A DNA stretch of 64,000 bases from Ostreococcus lucimarinus (lineage: Eukaryota): NCBI GenBank assembly GCA_000092065.1, contig CP000597.1. The stretch is one strand, 5' to 3'. Made by a program: the position numbers and the translations under genes. Each line of letters opens with the position of its first letter. Positions within the stretch are counted from its first letter, which is position 1. Under the pieces are notes generated by a model. It ran no database searches. It was not told the DNA's origin and saw nothing but the letters and a program-made list of their open reading frames with translations. Positions 9,072 to 19,200 of this stretch are shown piece after piece.

Positions 9072-11618
9072 ATGTCGCCGCCCGACGCGCGCGCGGGCGC
9101 GCGCCTGCGCGTCGCCACCATGTTCACCGGCGCCGGCGCGATCGACTACGGGTGCGTCGCGCGCGACGCGCGACGGCGCGACGGCGCGGGAAACGCGCGA
9201 AACGCAAAACCGAACGCCGAACGAACGCGAACGACGACGACGACGGATTCGACGCGCGACGACGACGACGACGACGCGCGACGACGCGAGATCGGGACGA
9301 CAAGGGGAGGATGGCGCGCGAAGACGCGAAGGCGCGCGCGACGGGAGCCCCGGGAGGACGAACGCGCGACTGACGAGACGCGAATTCGGGACGCGCGCGC
9401 GACCAGGCTGACGCGGGCGGGGCACGAGGTGACGCTGCAGTGCGAACGCGACGAGCGCGCGCGGGCGGTGCTGGACGCGCGATTTCAGGGCGTGCGACGG
9501 GCGAGGGAAGCGAGCGAGATCGAGGCGCTGCCGAGGGACGTGGACGTGCTGGTGTGCGGATTGATGACGAGGGAGTACGAGGGGTCGTGGCGAGAGTCGT
9601 GGACGAGAGACGGCGCGGCGGGGGCGCTGAAACACGCGCTGAGGCTGGGGGCGAGCGCGCGCGTGCCGTGGTTGGTGATCGAAGCGAGAGGGAAGATATT
9701 AGATCGTGGAGTCGATGGGAGCGAGGCGCCGTTGATTCATGAGTTTGTGAGCGAGCTGGAGCGAGCGGGGTACGCGTGGGCGCATCGCACGGTGGCGGCG
9801 GCGGCGTTCGGGGTGCCGGATGTCGCCGCGCGGGTGTTGCTCGTCGCCAGTAGATGCGGGGATCCGAGAGATGTGTTATTGACAGAAGACGCGGGGGCGT
9901 TGAAAGTCGATGCGAGGGATCCCGCGGATGAGCACACGTTTGTGTTTAATCGGCACCCCGAACGAGGGTTGTGCGCGTACGCCGACGTGTGCGAAGGATT
10001 TCATCCCGAGCCTGAGGCGTGCATGCTCACCGCCGCGGGTGGTTTGATGCCGCTCACCGTGCATGACGCTGAAAGATTGCAAGGATTGCCTCCGGGATGG
10101 ACGATGACGACGAGACCGAGCGTTCAAGGAAGTCAAGGGGAGGAGCTCACGGCGCGTTGGGACGCTTTGGCGAAGACGTACGGATGCGTCCCAAGTTCAT
10201 ATTGGCTGGGAACTCGGTTAGCGGACCCGTATGCTTTGAAATTTTCTGCCGATGCGGTTCCATTTAGAGAGTCTGTGCCGCACGCTTGGCCGGGGGCGGC
10301 GTACAACGTTGGACACGGGCGTGCGAGCGCCTTGTGCTCGCCGTTTGTCCGTGAAATCACGGAGTTGCCGTGTCTCGGCACGTTTATTTCCACGTCCTTT
10401 TTCGAAGGCGGTCCGCTGGTGCCGAAAGAGACCGCCGTGGCGTGCGCGCGCGTGCTTAGAGAGTCTGGCTGGGAGGTCCCTCCCCAGCTAGAGGCTTTGG
10501 AAAACGGCGAGGGAGAGATCGCCGTCGTCGAGCCGCGGGTGAAGAACGAACAGGCGCCTGCGGTCGAGCCACTGACGATAGCGACTCCGGCGGCACGGGC
10601 GCAGACCTCTCGCTACGATGAGTTTGTTTCAGCGCCACCGGCTTTGGTCGAACGCACGTTGCCTTTGATAAAGACGAAGAGCGGACATTTAATCGTCGAC
10701 CAAGACGAGGTGAAACGTTCGTCCAATTTTCCCATCGACATCGAGGCGAAGCGGTACAAGAGAAGCATCACGCCATCGTCGGCGGATATCGAGCCTGGAT
10801 CGCCAGGATCAACTCCGGGAACCATGACGTTCATCGCCGGCGTCGGTTTAGCTGCGCCAAGACGAAACCAGCTCGTTTGGGCCAAGCTCCCAGGTCATCC
10901 ATTTTGGCCGGGATTGCGAGCGGATTTGGACAAGGACTTCATCCCAGCGGATGCTCTCGCGATGGCGAGAGAAAACGAAGTACTCGTCGTGTTCTTTGGA
11001 GAAAATTCATTCGGTTGGCTGCGGGCGGAGCATTGCTTAGATTTTACCGAGCACTACGCATCGAAGAGTCGGGATCCGGCGAGGAACAAGGCGCGCTTCC
11101 AAGCGGCGGTGAAGCAAGCGAACGAGGAGCTGCAAATACGAGAGACGTTGCACGAGCGCGATAGATTACGTAAAATGGCGACGCAAAGTACTGCGCATAA
11201 GTTCCGTTCGCGCGGTGGCTCACCCATGCCCGAATTGAAGGGTTGTACGTGCAAGTCGTGCACGAGCATCTCCGCCGACGGTTCGGAATCGCCCAAGTGC
11301 ATACGTGTAGAAGCCGCCGAGAAGGCTAGTCGAGGTCACACAGGCGCCAAGCTTACGATTCAAGGTAGAACTATCATCGGTAAGCAAATTTTGGTGTTTT
11401 GGCCTCTCGACCGAGCGTCATATCCGGGTAAAATAGTCGATTACGATCCCGTCGAGCTTAGACATTGCGTCGAGTATGCCGAAGACGGCGTTAAAGAATT
11501 CTTGTCGCTGTGGAAGGAAGATGTAACATTACCGCCGGGTGAAAGACTCGGCCCGACTCTTCCAGAAGCAGATGAAGCTGGTGCTGATTTGTTGCTGGGA
11601 CTCACGGCGAGAGGATAA
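9072..11618 (+). CDS. Chromatin protein with an N-terminal DNA (cytosine-5) methyltransferase-like domain, a PWWP domain and a C-terminal Tudor/Agenet-like domain. The DNMT-like domain has non-canonical motifs.
   Basis: C5-MTase motifs I read in the translation: motif I MFTGAGAIDYG (FxGxG), motif IV region DVLVCGLMTREYEG (VCG replaces PCQ), motif VI PWLVIEARG (EAR replaces ENV), motif VIII AFGVPDVAARVLLVASR, and motif IX/X LTVHDAERLQGLPPGWT. PWWP: LVWAKLPGHPFWPGLRADL...VLVVFFGENSFGWL at ~10870-11030. Tudor-like: ILVFWPLDRASYPGKIVDYDP...EFLSLWKEDV at ~11385-11525. Confidence 0.7.
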   Translation: MSPPDARAGARLRVATMFTGAGAIDYGCVARDARRRDGAGNARNAKPNAERTRTTTTTDSTRDDDDDDARRREIGTTRGGWRAKTRRRARREPREDERATDETRIRDARATRLTRAGHEVTLQCERDERARAVLDARFQGVRRAREASEIEALPRDVDVLVCGLMTREYEGSWRESWTRDGAAGALKHALRLGASARVPWLVIEARGKILDRGVDGSEAPLIHEFVSELERAGYAWAHRTVAAAAFGVPDVAARVLLVASRCGDPRDVLLTEDAGALKVDARDPADEHTFVFNRHPERGLCAYADVCEGFHPEPEACMLTAAGGLMPLTVHDAERLQGLPPGWTMTTRPSVQGSQGEELTARWDALAKTYGCVPSSYWLGTRLADPYALKFSADAVPFRESVPHAWPGAAYNVGHGRASALCSPFVREITELPCLGTFISTSFFEGGPLVPKETAVACARVLRESGWEVPPQLEALENGEGEIAVVEPRVKNEQAPAVEPLTIATPAARAQTSRYDEFVSAPPALVERTLPLIKTKSGHLIVDQDEVKRSSNFPIDIEAKRYKRSITPSSADIEPGSPGSTPGTMTFIAGVGLAAPRRNQLVWAKLPGHPFWPGLRADLDKDFIPADALAMARENEVLVVFFGENSFGWLRAEHCLDFTEHYASKSRDPARNKARFQAAVKQANEELQIRETLHERDRLRKMATQSTAHKFRSRGGSPMPELKGCTCKSCTSISADGSESPKCIRVEAAEKASRGHTGAKLTIQGRTIIGKQILVFWPLDRASYPGKIVDYDPVELRHCVEYAEDGVKEFLSLWKEDVTLPPGERLGPTLPEADEAGADLLLGLTARG

Positions 11619-11702
11619 TGATATAGCCGCACGTCACGAACGATACGATCCGAAGATTTTTGTGATAACAAAGCCTGTCTGTACTAAAAGCTTACTTCGC
11701 CG

Positions 11703-13058
11703 CTAAGCTGACGCGGATTCGAAGGTATCGTATATCGAGTCGCTCGATTCGACGTGCTTGAGCGTTTCGTTTACTGTTGTGAAGTGCTCGATTTCGTCGC
11801 TCTGATCGAACGCGGCTGCGCGTTTGACGGAGCTCTCGCTCAATTCAAATGTGTCCAATCGAGAAAGAAACGACGGTGACAAAGAGGTATCGTTCGTCGA
11901 TGGCGACACGATATCATCGGAGACGTGATTCAAGTACGATCGCGTCGCCTTCTGTACGTCCGCTGTGGCTCGCGTCACGCGATCCATGGCATCTATCATC
12001 ACTTTGGCCATCGCGCGACCCTCCTCCGTGGAGACGTCGACAGAGTTGAAAGCCACCATGTTCTCGGGCCTGAGAATCGATGCATTCATAATTTCAGCCA
12101 TATTCTTGCGCATGTCAATAAGCTCGTCTTCGTACTCGCGCGTCACTCGCATTCGCTCCTCGTGCTCAGCCACGAGCTGCTCGCTCAAGTCCCGAATCTT
12201 TGTCTCGTACAAGCGCGTTGACCTCGGCGATGTTGCGCCGCGAAGTCGCTCGATTTCCCTTGCCCGCTCCTCGCTAATCTCATTGATCTTCTCTAATTCC
12301 CATCGAAGTTCTGTAATAGTTTCCCAATCATCGATCGTCATCGTCGCCGGCCGCCCGTCGATCGGCTCGTTCGACTTGCGCTTCTGCTTGGTTTCTCTCG
12401 CGTTTGGCTCGCGCTTCTGCTCAATTTCACTCGCGCTCGCCAAACTCGCTCGACTCGCCTTTCTGCTCGATTTCTTCGCCGCCGTCTCCATCTCCCGTTG
12501 CGCTAGTCGCACCGCGCGCGCGCGCGTCTCCTCGCTCTGACAATACGCCACCGCCCCGGGTCCCAACTTTCTCGCAAACGAAATCGCCGTCGCCGCGCCG
12601 CTCGCCGCATTCGCTCGCACTTCGCACGTCCAATACATCACCGCCAACGCATCAAACGTCGCCTGAAACTCCCCTCGCTCGACACCATCGACCGATATCG
12701 CATTTGCCGGCACCCGCTCTCTCGCTAAAATCCCTCGCAGCGTCTGAAACGGGTGTTTCATCGCCGCGGCGCCGCCGCGCGTCGACGCGCTCGTCCCCGC
12801 TCGCGACGTCCCCGTCAACGCCTCGAACGATTCCGGCCACGCGCGCGCGGCGCACGCCAACGCTCCGACACTACGTTTTAGATCACTCCACACCAGCGCG
12901 CTCGTATCGCTCTCGCCCCCACGCGTCGCGCGCACGGCGTCGACGCTTCGCCGCGCGAACTCGAGCAGTTCAGATTTCCCAACCTCAATCCCCGTCTCCG
13001 TCGTCCGCGCGCGCGTCGACGCGCTGTTCGACGCGCCGTTCGATGCGACGTCGCGCAT
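11703..13058 (-). CDS. Hypothetical 451-aa protein with a central charged coiled-coil region.
   Basis: Uninterrupted ORF with an ATG at 13056-13058. Codon bias matches neighbours. It sits divergent to the megaenzyme gene with a 217-bp spacer. No family recognised. Confidence 0.5.
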   Translation of the reverse strand: MRDVASNGASNSASTRARTTETGIEVGKSELLEFARRSVDAVRATRGGESDTSALVWSDLKRSVGALACAARAWPESFEALTGTSRAGTSASTRGGAAAMKHPFQTLRGILARERVPANAISVDGVERGEFQATFDALAVMYWTCEVRANAASGAATAISFARKLGPGAVAYCQSEETRARAVRLAQREMETAAKKSSRKASRASLASASEIEQKREPNARETKQKRKSNEPIDGRPATMTIDDWETITELRWELEKINEISEERAREIERLRGATSPRSTRLYETKIRDLSEQLVAEHEERMRVTREYEDELIDMRKNMAEIMNASILRPENMVAFNSVDVSTEEGRAMAKVMIDAMDRVTRATADVQKATRSYLNHVSDDIVSPSTNDTSLSPSFLSRLDTFELSESSVKRAAAFDQSDEIEHFTTVNETLKHVESSDSIYDTFESASA

Positions 13059-13275
13059 ACTTTCGATCCGCGCGCTTCGAGCGCCCGAAATCGCCGCGCG
13101 CGCGTCACCGAGTGCGGATTTAACCGGTTTTCGCTTGAAAAAGATGCCATCTAATCTCGGCGATCGCCATCACATCGCGACGTCGCTCGCGCGCGCGACG
13201 CCTGTCGCGCCCCCGCGCGTCGCGATCGCGAAGAAATCGTAAGTTCGCGCTCGTCGACGGTGAGATCGGGACGAC

Positions 13276-16200
13276 ATGGAGTACGTCGACGCGTCAACGC
13301 TGCGAAAACTGTCGACGTCGGGTGACATCATCATCGTCGACGCGAGCTGGGCGATCGCGAACGACGTCGAGCGCGCGCGCGCGGCGCACGAGAGCGAGCG
13401 CATCCCGAACGCGACGTTTTATGATCACGACGAGGTGTGCGACCTGTCGTCGCCGCTGCCGCAGGCGTTCCCGCCGCGGGAAGCGTTCGCGCGAGGCGTC
13501 GGCGGCGGACTCGGGGCGACGAAGACGCGAGACGTGGCGATATACGCGAAAAACGGCGCGTCTTGCGCGGCGGAGGCGTGTGCGTTCGCGTTCTTGGAAT
13601 ATGGACATCGAGGACGGGTGATGGTGCTCAAGGGAGGGATGGAGGCGTGGAAGGCGGAAGGCTACGAGACGGAGGTCGGGGCGGAGACGATGCGCGAGCG
13701 GGCGACGGTGGAGTACGACGAAGACGGATCGAACGGAACGCGCGAGGGGAAGAAATCGGGATTCGTCGACGCGAAAGATTTGTTGACGAACTTGAGCACG
13801 CAGCGGTTGCAAGTGCTGGATTGCCGACAGTCGGAGGTGTTCGCGGGAGGGGCGAGAGACGCGGCGTACGTTCGGATTCAGGATCGAGCGATTCAGTTCG
13901 AGGGCTTCCGCGAAGGGCACATTCCGGGGGCGAAGAATTTACCGTACACGCGGTTGTTCGACGTCGCGGACGAAAACTTGCGAGAAATATTCGAGGGCGC
14001 GGGGTTGGACCTGTCCATGCCCGTGGCCGTGGTCGGTTCGGGGGGCGTCGACGCGGCGCCGATGGTGGCGTCAGCGCTCACGCGCGCCGGGTGCGCCGAC
14101 GCCGTGGTGCTAAAGAACGGTATGTGTGCGTGGTGCACGGCGCAAGGGAGCTCGTATCCGATGTCCATCGCTAGCACTTCTCCGCACGCTTCGCACAACG
14201 AAAAGCGCCTGATCGTTTGGGCGGTGACTCGATCGCGCGGCACCGCGCTCGAACGCTCGTTCTCTATGCACTCCGAGGCGATGGTCATGCACGAGTTACT
14301 CACGGAGCCGTGCTTGAAGGAGAATAATCCGGAAAATTACGCCAAGATTGTCAGTGGACAATCTGAACATCATGTCGCGAGCAGTGGATGCAGCTATGCG
14401 ACGATGTTAGAGGTGATGACGGCGGATTACTCCGCGCAAGGACGTCCATTCTTCTTCTCCAAAGAGCTGTCGTGTTACTTTGACTTGAAGCAAATGAAGT
14501 CGAGCTGGTTAAAACGGTTCACGCACGTGGTGTTGATTCGACAACCGACGGAAACGATAGAGTCATTTTATCGCGTCTCCATTGAACACAAGGAAGGGAG
14601 CTGCTATTATGATCCATCTGAGGCTGGATTTGCGGAAGCTTTTGGTATCGTAAACGCGTTGAAGCGTATCAATGCCAAGGTTATGGTCGTCGACGCTGAC
14701 GCGGATTTGCTGTCGCGACCAGAGGAGACGCTCCAAGAGATGTGTTCGCTGGCAAACGTGAACTTTGAGAGTTCGATGTTGTCATGGAAGCCCGCAGAGT
14801 TGTCAACGTGGATCAAATTTCGCGGTTGGCACGACGATGCGGCGAGATCGAGCGAGTTCAAAGCTGTCGACAAGGCACCGATGCAAAACGTACCGCCGGA
14901 ACTCTGCGTCGATGCGGCGAAGCAACAACCGTATTACGACGCCATAGGGTGGGAGCGCAAAGAAACTTCCAAGCGTTGGCCGTTCTTACGCCAGCTCACG
15001 AATCCGACGCATCGGTTCTCCGTCGTCGTGTGCGCATCGGATGAAGGCGCTATGGATATGTTCCCTCGTCTTGCCGCCGCGCGTCTGAGCGGCGTCAACT
15101 TGTACGAGTTCAAGCCGAGCGAAGTTGATCAGGCGATGAATAAATGCCCGTATATTTTCGACGACCCGATCGTTCTAGTGGGCGCACACGGACCCACGCT
15201 GCACATGGCCGAGGCACTGCGCGAGCGTGCGCAGAAGGACGGAACTTTGTGCATCGTACGCATAGTTCTCGTCGACGCTTCGGCGCATCGCGTTCGACCC
15301 GAAGGATTCGAGCACAGCTGGGTCCCAGAAGATTCGCTCAAGGATCAAACCAGCATGGACGAAGTTTTACAGAGTATTTTAGTCGACATCGAAACGGCAC
15401 AAAGCAAAAGTGCGAAGGAGATGGCGGATGTGAACGCGTTAGCCTCGACGACGACGTCGGCGGCGACGCACTGGCGCTCGGGTTTGGCGACGGCGTTGCA
15501 AGACGCTCGCTCCGACAAACCTTGCGTTACAGATGCGACGAGTACGTACACGATGAAAGAAGTGTACTCGCGTGCGTATCACGTCGCAGATATGCTCACC
15601 GAACGCGGTGCGCTGAACTCTCGTGTGGGTTTGTTTGTGCAAGCCTCCGCGGCGTCGGTGTGGTGCGCCATGGGTTCACTCTTGTGTGAATCTGTGTTTT
15701 GCGAAATCCCCGCGTGGTATCGCGACACCGACCTCGAACGCGTGTTGCGTTTGAACGAGTCGAAAGTCATAATAACTTCTCGTGATCTCGTGCAGTTCGT
15801 ACCCACCGCGTACAGAGACTTGGTCGTGGTCGTCGAGGACATGGAGTACGACGTCGACTTGAGCGGCGAGCTTCATCCGGCGCTGACGCGTCCTGACACT
15901 CCCGATGCCCCCGGGTTCTCCGTACTCACCAGTGGCACTACTGGTGTGAGTAAAATTCTGTGCTGTCCACAATCCGCGCTGACGGACTCGCAATCGGTCA
16001 TTGGGCCACACATGCGTGGCGACGATGTCATGGGGAGCTTTTGGGTCTATTATTACTTCTTCATTCCGCTCCTCGCTGGTCGCACGCTGAGCGTCATCCC
16101 GAACGATTTCTTCCTCAAGCCCCGAGAGTTGATTTCGTATGTGCGAAGTCAAAAAATGACCATGCTTTACCTCAGTCCGAGTATCCTGGAGAGCTGTTTG

Positions 16201-19200
16201 TTGCACTGCACGCCGCAAGAGTTCTCCGAAGGGATGCAAGACGTGCACACAATTTTATTGACCGGTGAACGCGTGCGAAGAGAGACTCGTATGCTTCTCG
16301 CCGAGCGTCTCACCCGTACGCGTTTGATTGACGTGTACAGCACGAACGAAACGGGTGATTTGGCGATATCTGATTACGGTGGAGCGTTCTTCCTGCGTGA
16401 GGGCACGCAAGCGCGCGTGTTGACGGATGACGGCAAGCCAGCTGTTCGCGGCACCGTCGGCCAGCTTCACGTTAAAAAGAGTGGTTTGCTCGTTGGCTTC
16501 TACACGGATAACGGTTACGCGAAGATCGAAAGCGAGTGGTATCCAACTGGCGATCTCGTTCGTTGGTTAGGTCGCAACAGGTTGACTTTTGAATCTCGTC
16601 AAAAGTCGGCATACGTCAAGATTCGTGGCTTCAAGGTTTCGCCGGTCATGGTACAAGACGTCATGCTCAAGATGCCAGTGATTAAACAGGCCATCGTGAG
16701 CACGATCGGACAGTCTGACATTGACCAGCAACTCGTCGCTGCTATCTCCTTCAACAACGGTGCGCGAGCGAAGGAGAGCGAATTGCGGGCACACATGGCA
16801 GCGCACGTGCCGCACTACATGATTCCGTCGACGTTTTACGACCTCGGCAACAAAGTGTCCACAGCTACCTCTGGTAAAGTGGTCAAGCTTGATGTCGATA
16901 GGCTGGACAAAATCACCGATAGTAACGAAGTGCAACTGACTACAAAGCAAAATGAGGTCGTGGAGGTGTGGCGCCAAGTGTTAGATCAACCGGAGAAGAA
17001 CTTCGCGGCGACGGAGAGCTTTTTCGACTACGGCGGAAGCTTGAAATTTGTTGAGCTTGCGGCGGCACTTTCGAAGAAATGGGGGGTGAGTTTGACGGTT
17101 CCCGAAGTCATCGCCAAGCCGACGCTGGCTGAGATGGCCCTACTTATGGAAGATTATAAAAACGCCAAGTTTGAGCCCGAGGTCGAAGTCGCAAAGTATG
17201 ACTTTTCCGAGTTCAAGCGAGCGCCAAAGAAGAATACTGCGGCGGGCAAGAAGAATATTCTCCTTACCGGCGCTACTGGTTTTCTTGGTGCGTACTTGCT
17301 TCAAGAACTCGCCGCAAGCGATGAAATTGATCAGATTTACGCTATCGTGCGCGCAAAAGACAAGTTTGCGGCGCAAAATCGCGTGCTCGATGTCTTCCGT
17401 AAGCGCGGGCTCACGTTTACCGATCAAATAACGCAAAAGACAACGTTCATGTGTGGTGACATGTCAATGCCGTTGTACGACATACCCGAAGCCACGCTCG
17501 CGCCAGTTTTGGAAGTGATTGACGTTGTCATCAGCGGTGGCGCGGAAGTCAATATGGTGAAGTCTTATTCAGCGTTAGAAAAGGTAAACGTCGGAGGAAC
17601 GTTCAACGGGCTCGAGATCGCGTCGCGCGCCGGCGCTAGACACGTTCTCATTTCCACGCAGTATCCGCTTCCGGGTGAAGTTTCAACGGGATACCGACGA
17701 AGTAAAGAGGTCGCGGAGATGCTATGCGAGCGCGCGCAGAAAGAAGTTGGCGTTGAGTCGGCCGTTTTATTGTTTGGTGACATCGGTATTTCTCGTGCCG
17801 TCGGTTCGCTCGCGCCCGACGATGACTACATCGTCATCTTCCTCCGCGCCTGCCTCGCGACAGGTTTCTTCCCACGTACCGAGTGGGCTGTTAGTATCTT
17901 GTGCGTCGATGATTGCGTGAAGATGCTCACGTCAATCTCATTATCCGGCCAAGTCGATCGTTATGCGTTTGACGGCGTCGCGCGTGAAGTAAAGGGTAAA
18001 CTGATGCCGTTTTCTCAACTTTACGAATGGCTCTCCAAGGAGTACGCGTTGCAGCTGTGCAGCTACGATGGCTGGCTCAATGCAGTTAAGGCTGGCGCCG
18101 CCGAAGGCAACACGATCCTTCAGCGCGCGCTCCTGACGATTGATTCCATGGAAGTCGAACTCAGAGCGGAGGGTGAGCACTTCAACTCGCAGGCGGCGTC
18201 AGATGCGCTCTTCTCCGTGGACGAAGCGTGGGGTAAGAACCTCGTCGGTGCGCTAATTCTCGAACTCTACAGCGAACTTCAAAATGACGACAAAGACACC
18301 ACCATCGGCTTCGCCGCGTTGGCGCAAGGCGAAGATTTGGTTCCGTTCAAGTATCGCCTCCCAGACATGACCCCGACGTCTGTCGAGGTGAAGGTCGAGT
18401 ACTGCGGCTTGTGCGGAAGTGATGATCACTTGATCGTGGGTGACTATGGTGAATATGCGGTGTGGCCGCAAGTTTGCGGACACGAAGTCGTGGGTACGGT
18501 CACCCAAGTTGGCACGGCGGTGACGACGCTAAAAGCCGGTCAACGCGTTGGCGTCGGCTGGCAGAGCTCGTCTTGCCACGATTGCGAGTGGTGCGCGCGA
18601 GGCGATGAGCAGCTGTGCTCTAGTGTCGGTTGTACATGCTGCGAAGGTAACAAAGGTGGTTTCGCCGATCGCATGCGCTTAAACGACTCGCAATTCTGCT
18701 ACAAAATCCCAGACGCGCTGTCTTCCGCGGAAGTCGCGCCGTTGCTATGCGGTGGCCAAACCGTTTGGACGCCTTTGAACGAGCAAACGAAGTCTAGCGA
18801 TCGCGTCGGCATTCTCGGCCTCGGTGGACTCGGTCACATGGCCATCAAGTTCGCCAAGGCGCTCGGTCGAGAAGTCACCGCGATTTCGTCTTCGGCGTCG
18901 AAGCGCGCCGACGCCCTGTCGCACGGCGCGTCGCGCTTTTTGGTGCACACCAACCAAGAAGAGATGGATGCCGCCGCCTCATCGCTCGACTTCATCCTAG
19001 TCACCATCGCCACGAATAAAGAGGTGGACTTCGCGAAGTTTTTCCCCTTGTTACGCCCGCGTGGGACGATTTGTTTCGTCGGCATGTGCCCTCCCATCCA
19101 AGCCGACGTCTTCACTCTCGGCTTCACCATGAACAACATCACAACGAGTAACACCGGGGGCAAAAAGGACATGGTTCAAATGCTCGAATTCTGCGCCCGA

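Noticed and set aside
8439-9635. 398-aa minus-strand ORF and several plus-strand ORFs (7985..8917, 8890..9411) overlapping the FF-domain and DNMT-like genes.
   Set aside because: They are Arg/Pro-rich low complexity in frames antisense or offset to genes that have clear domain content.
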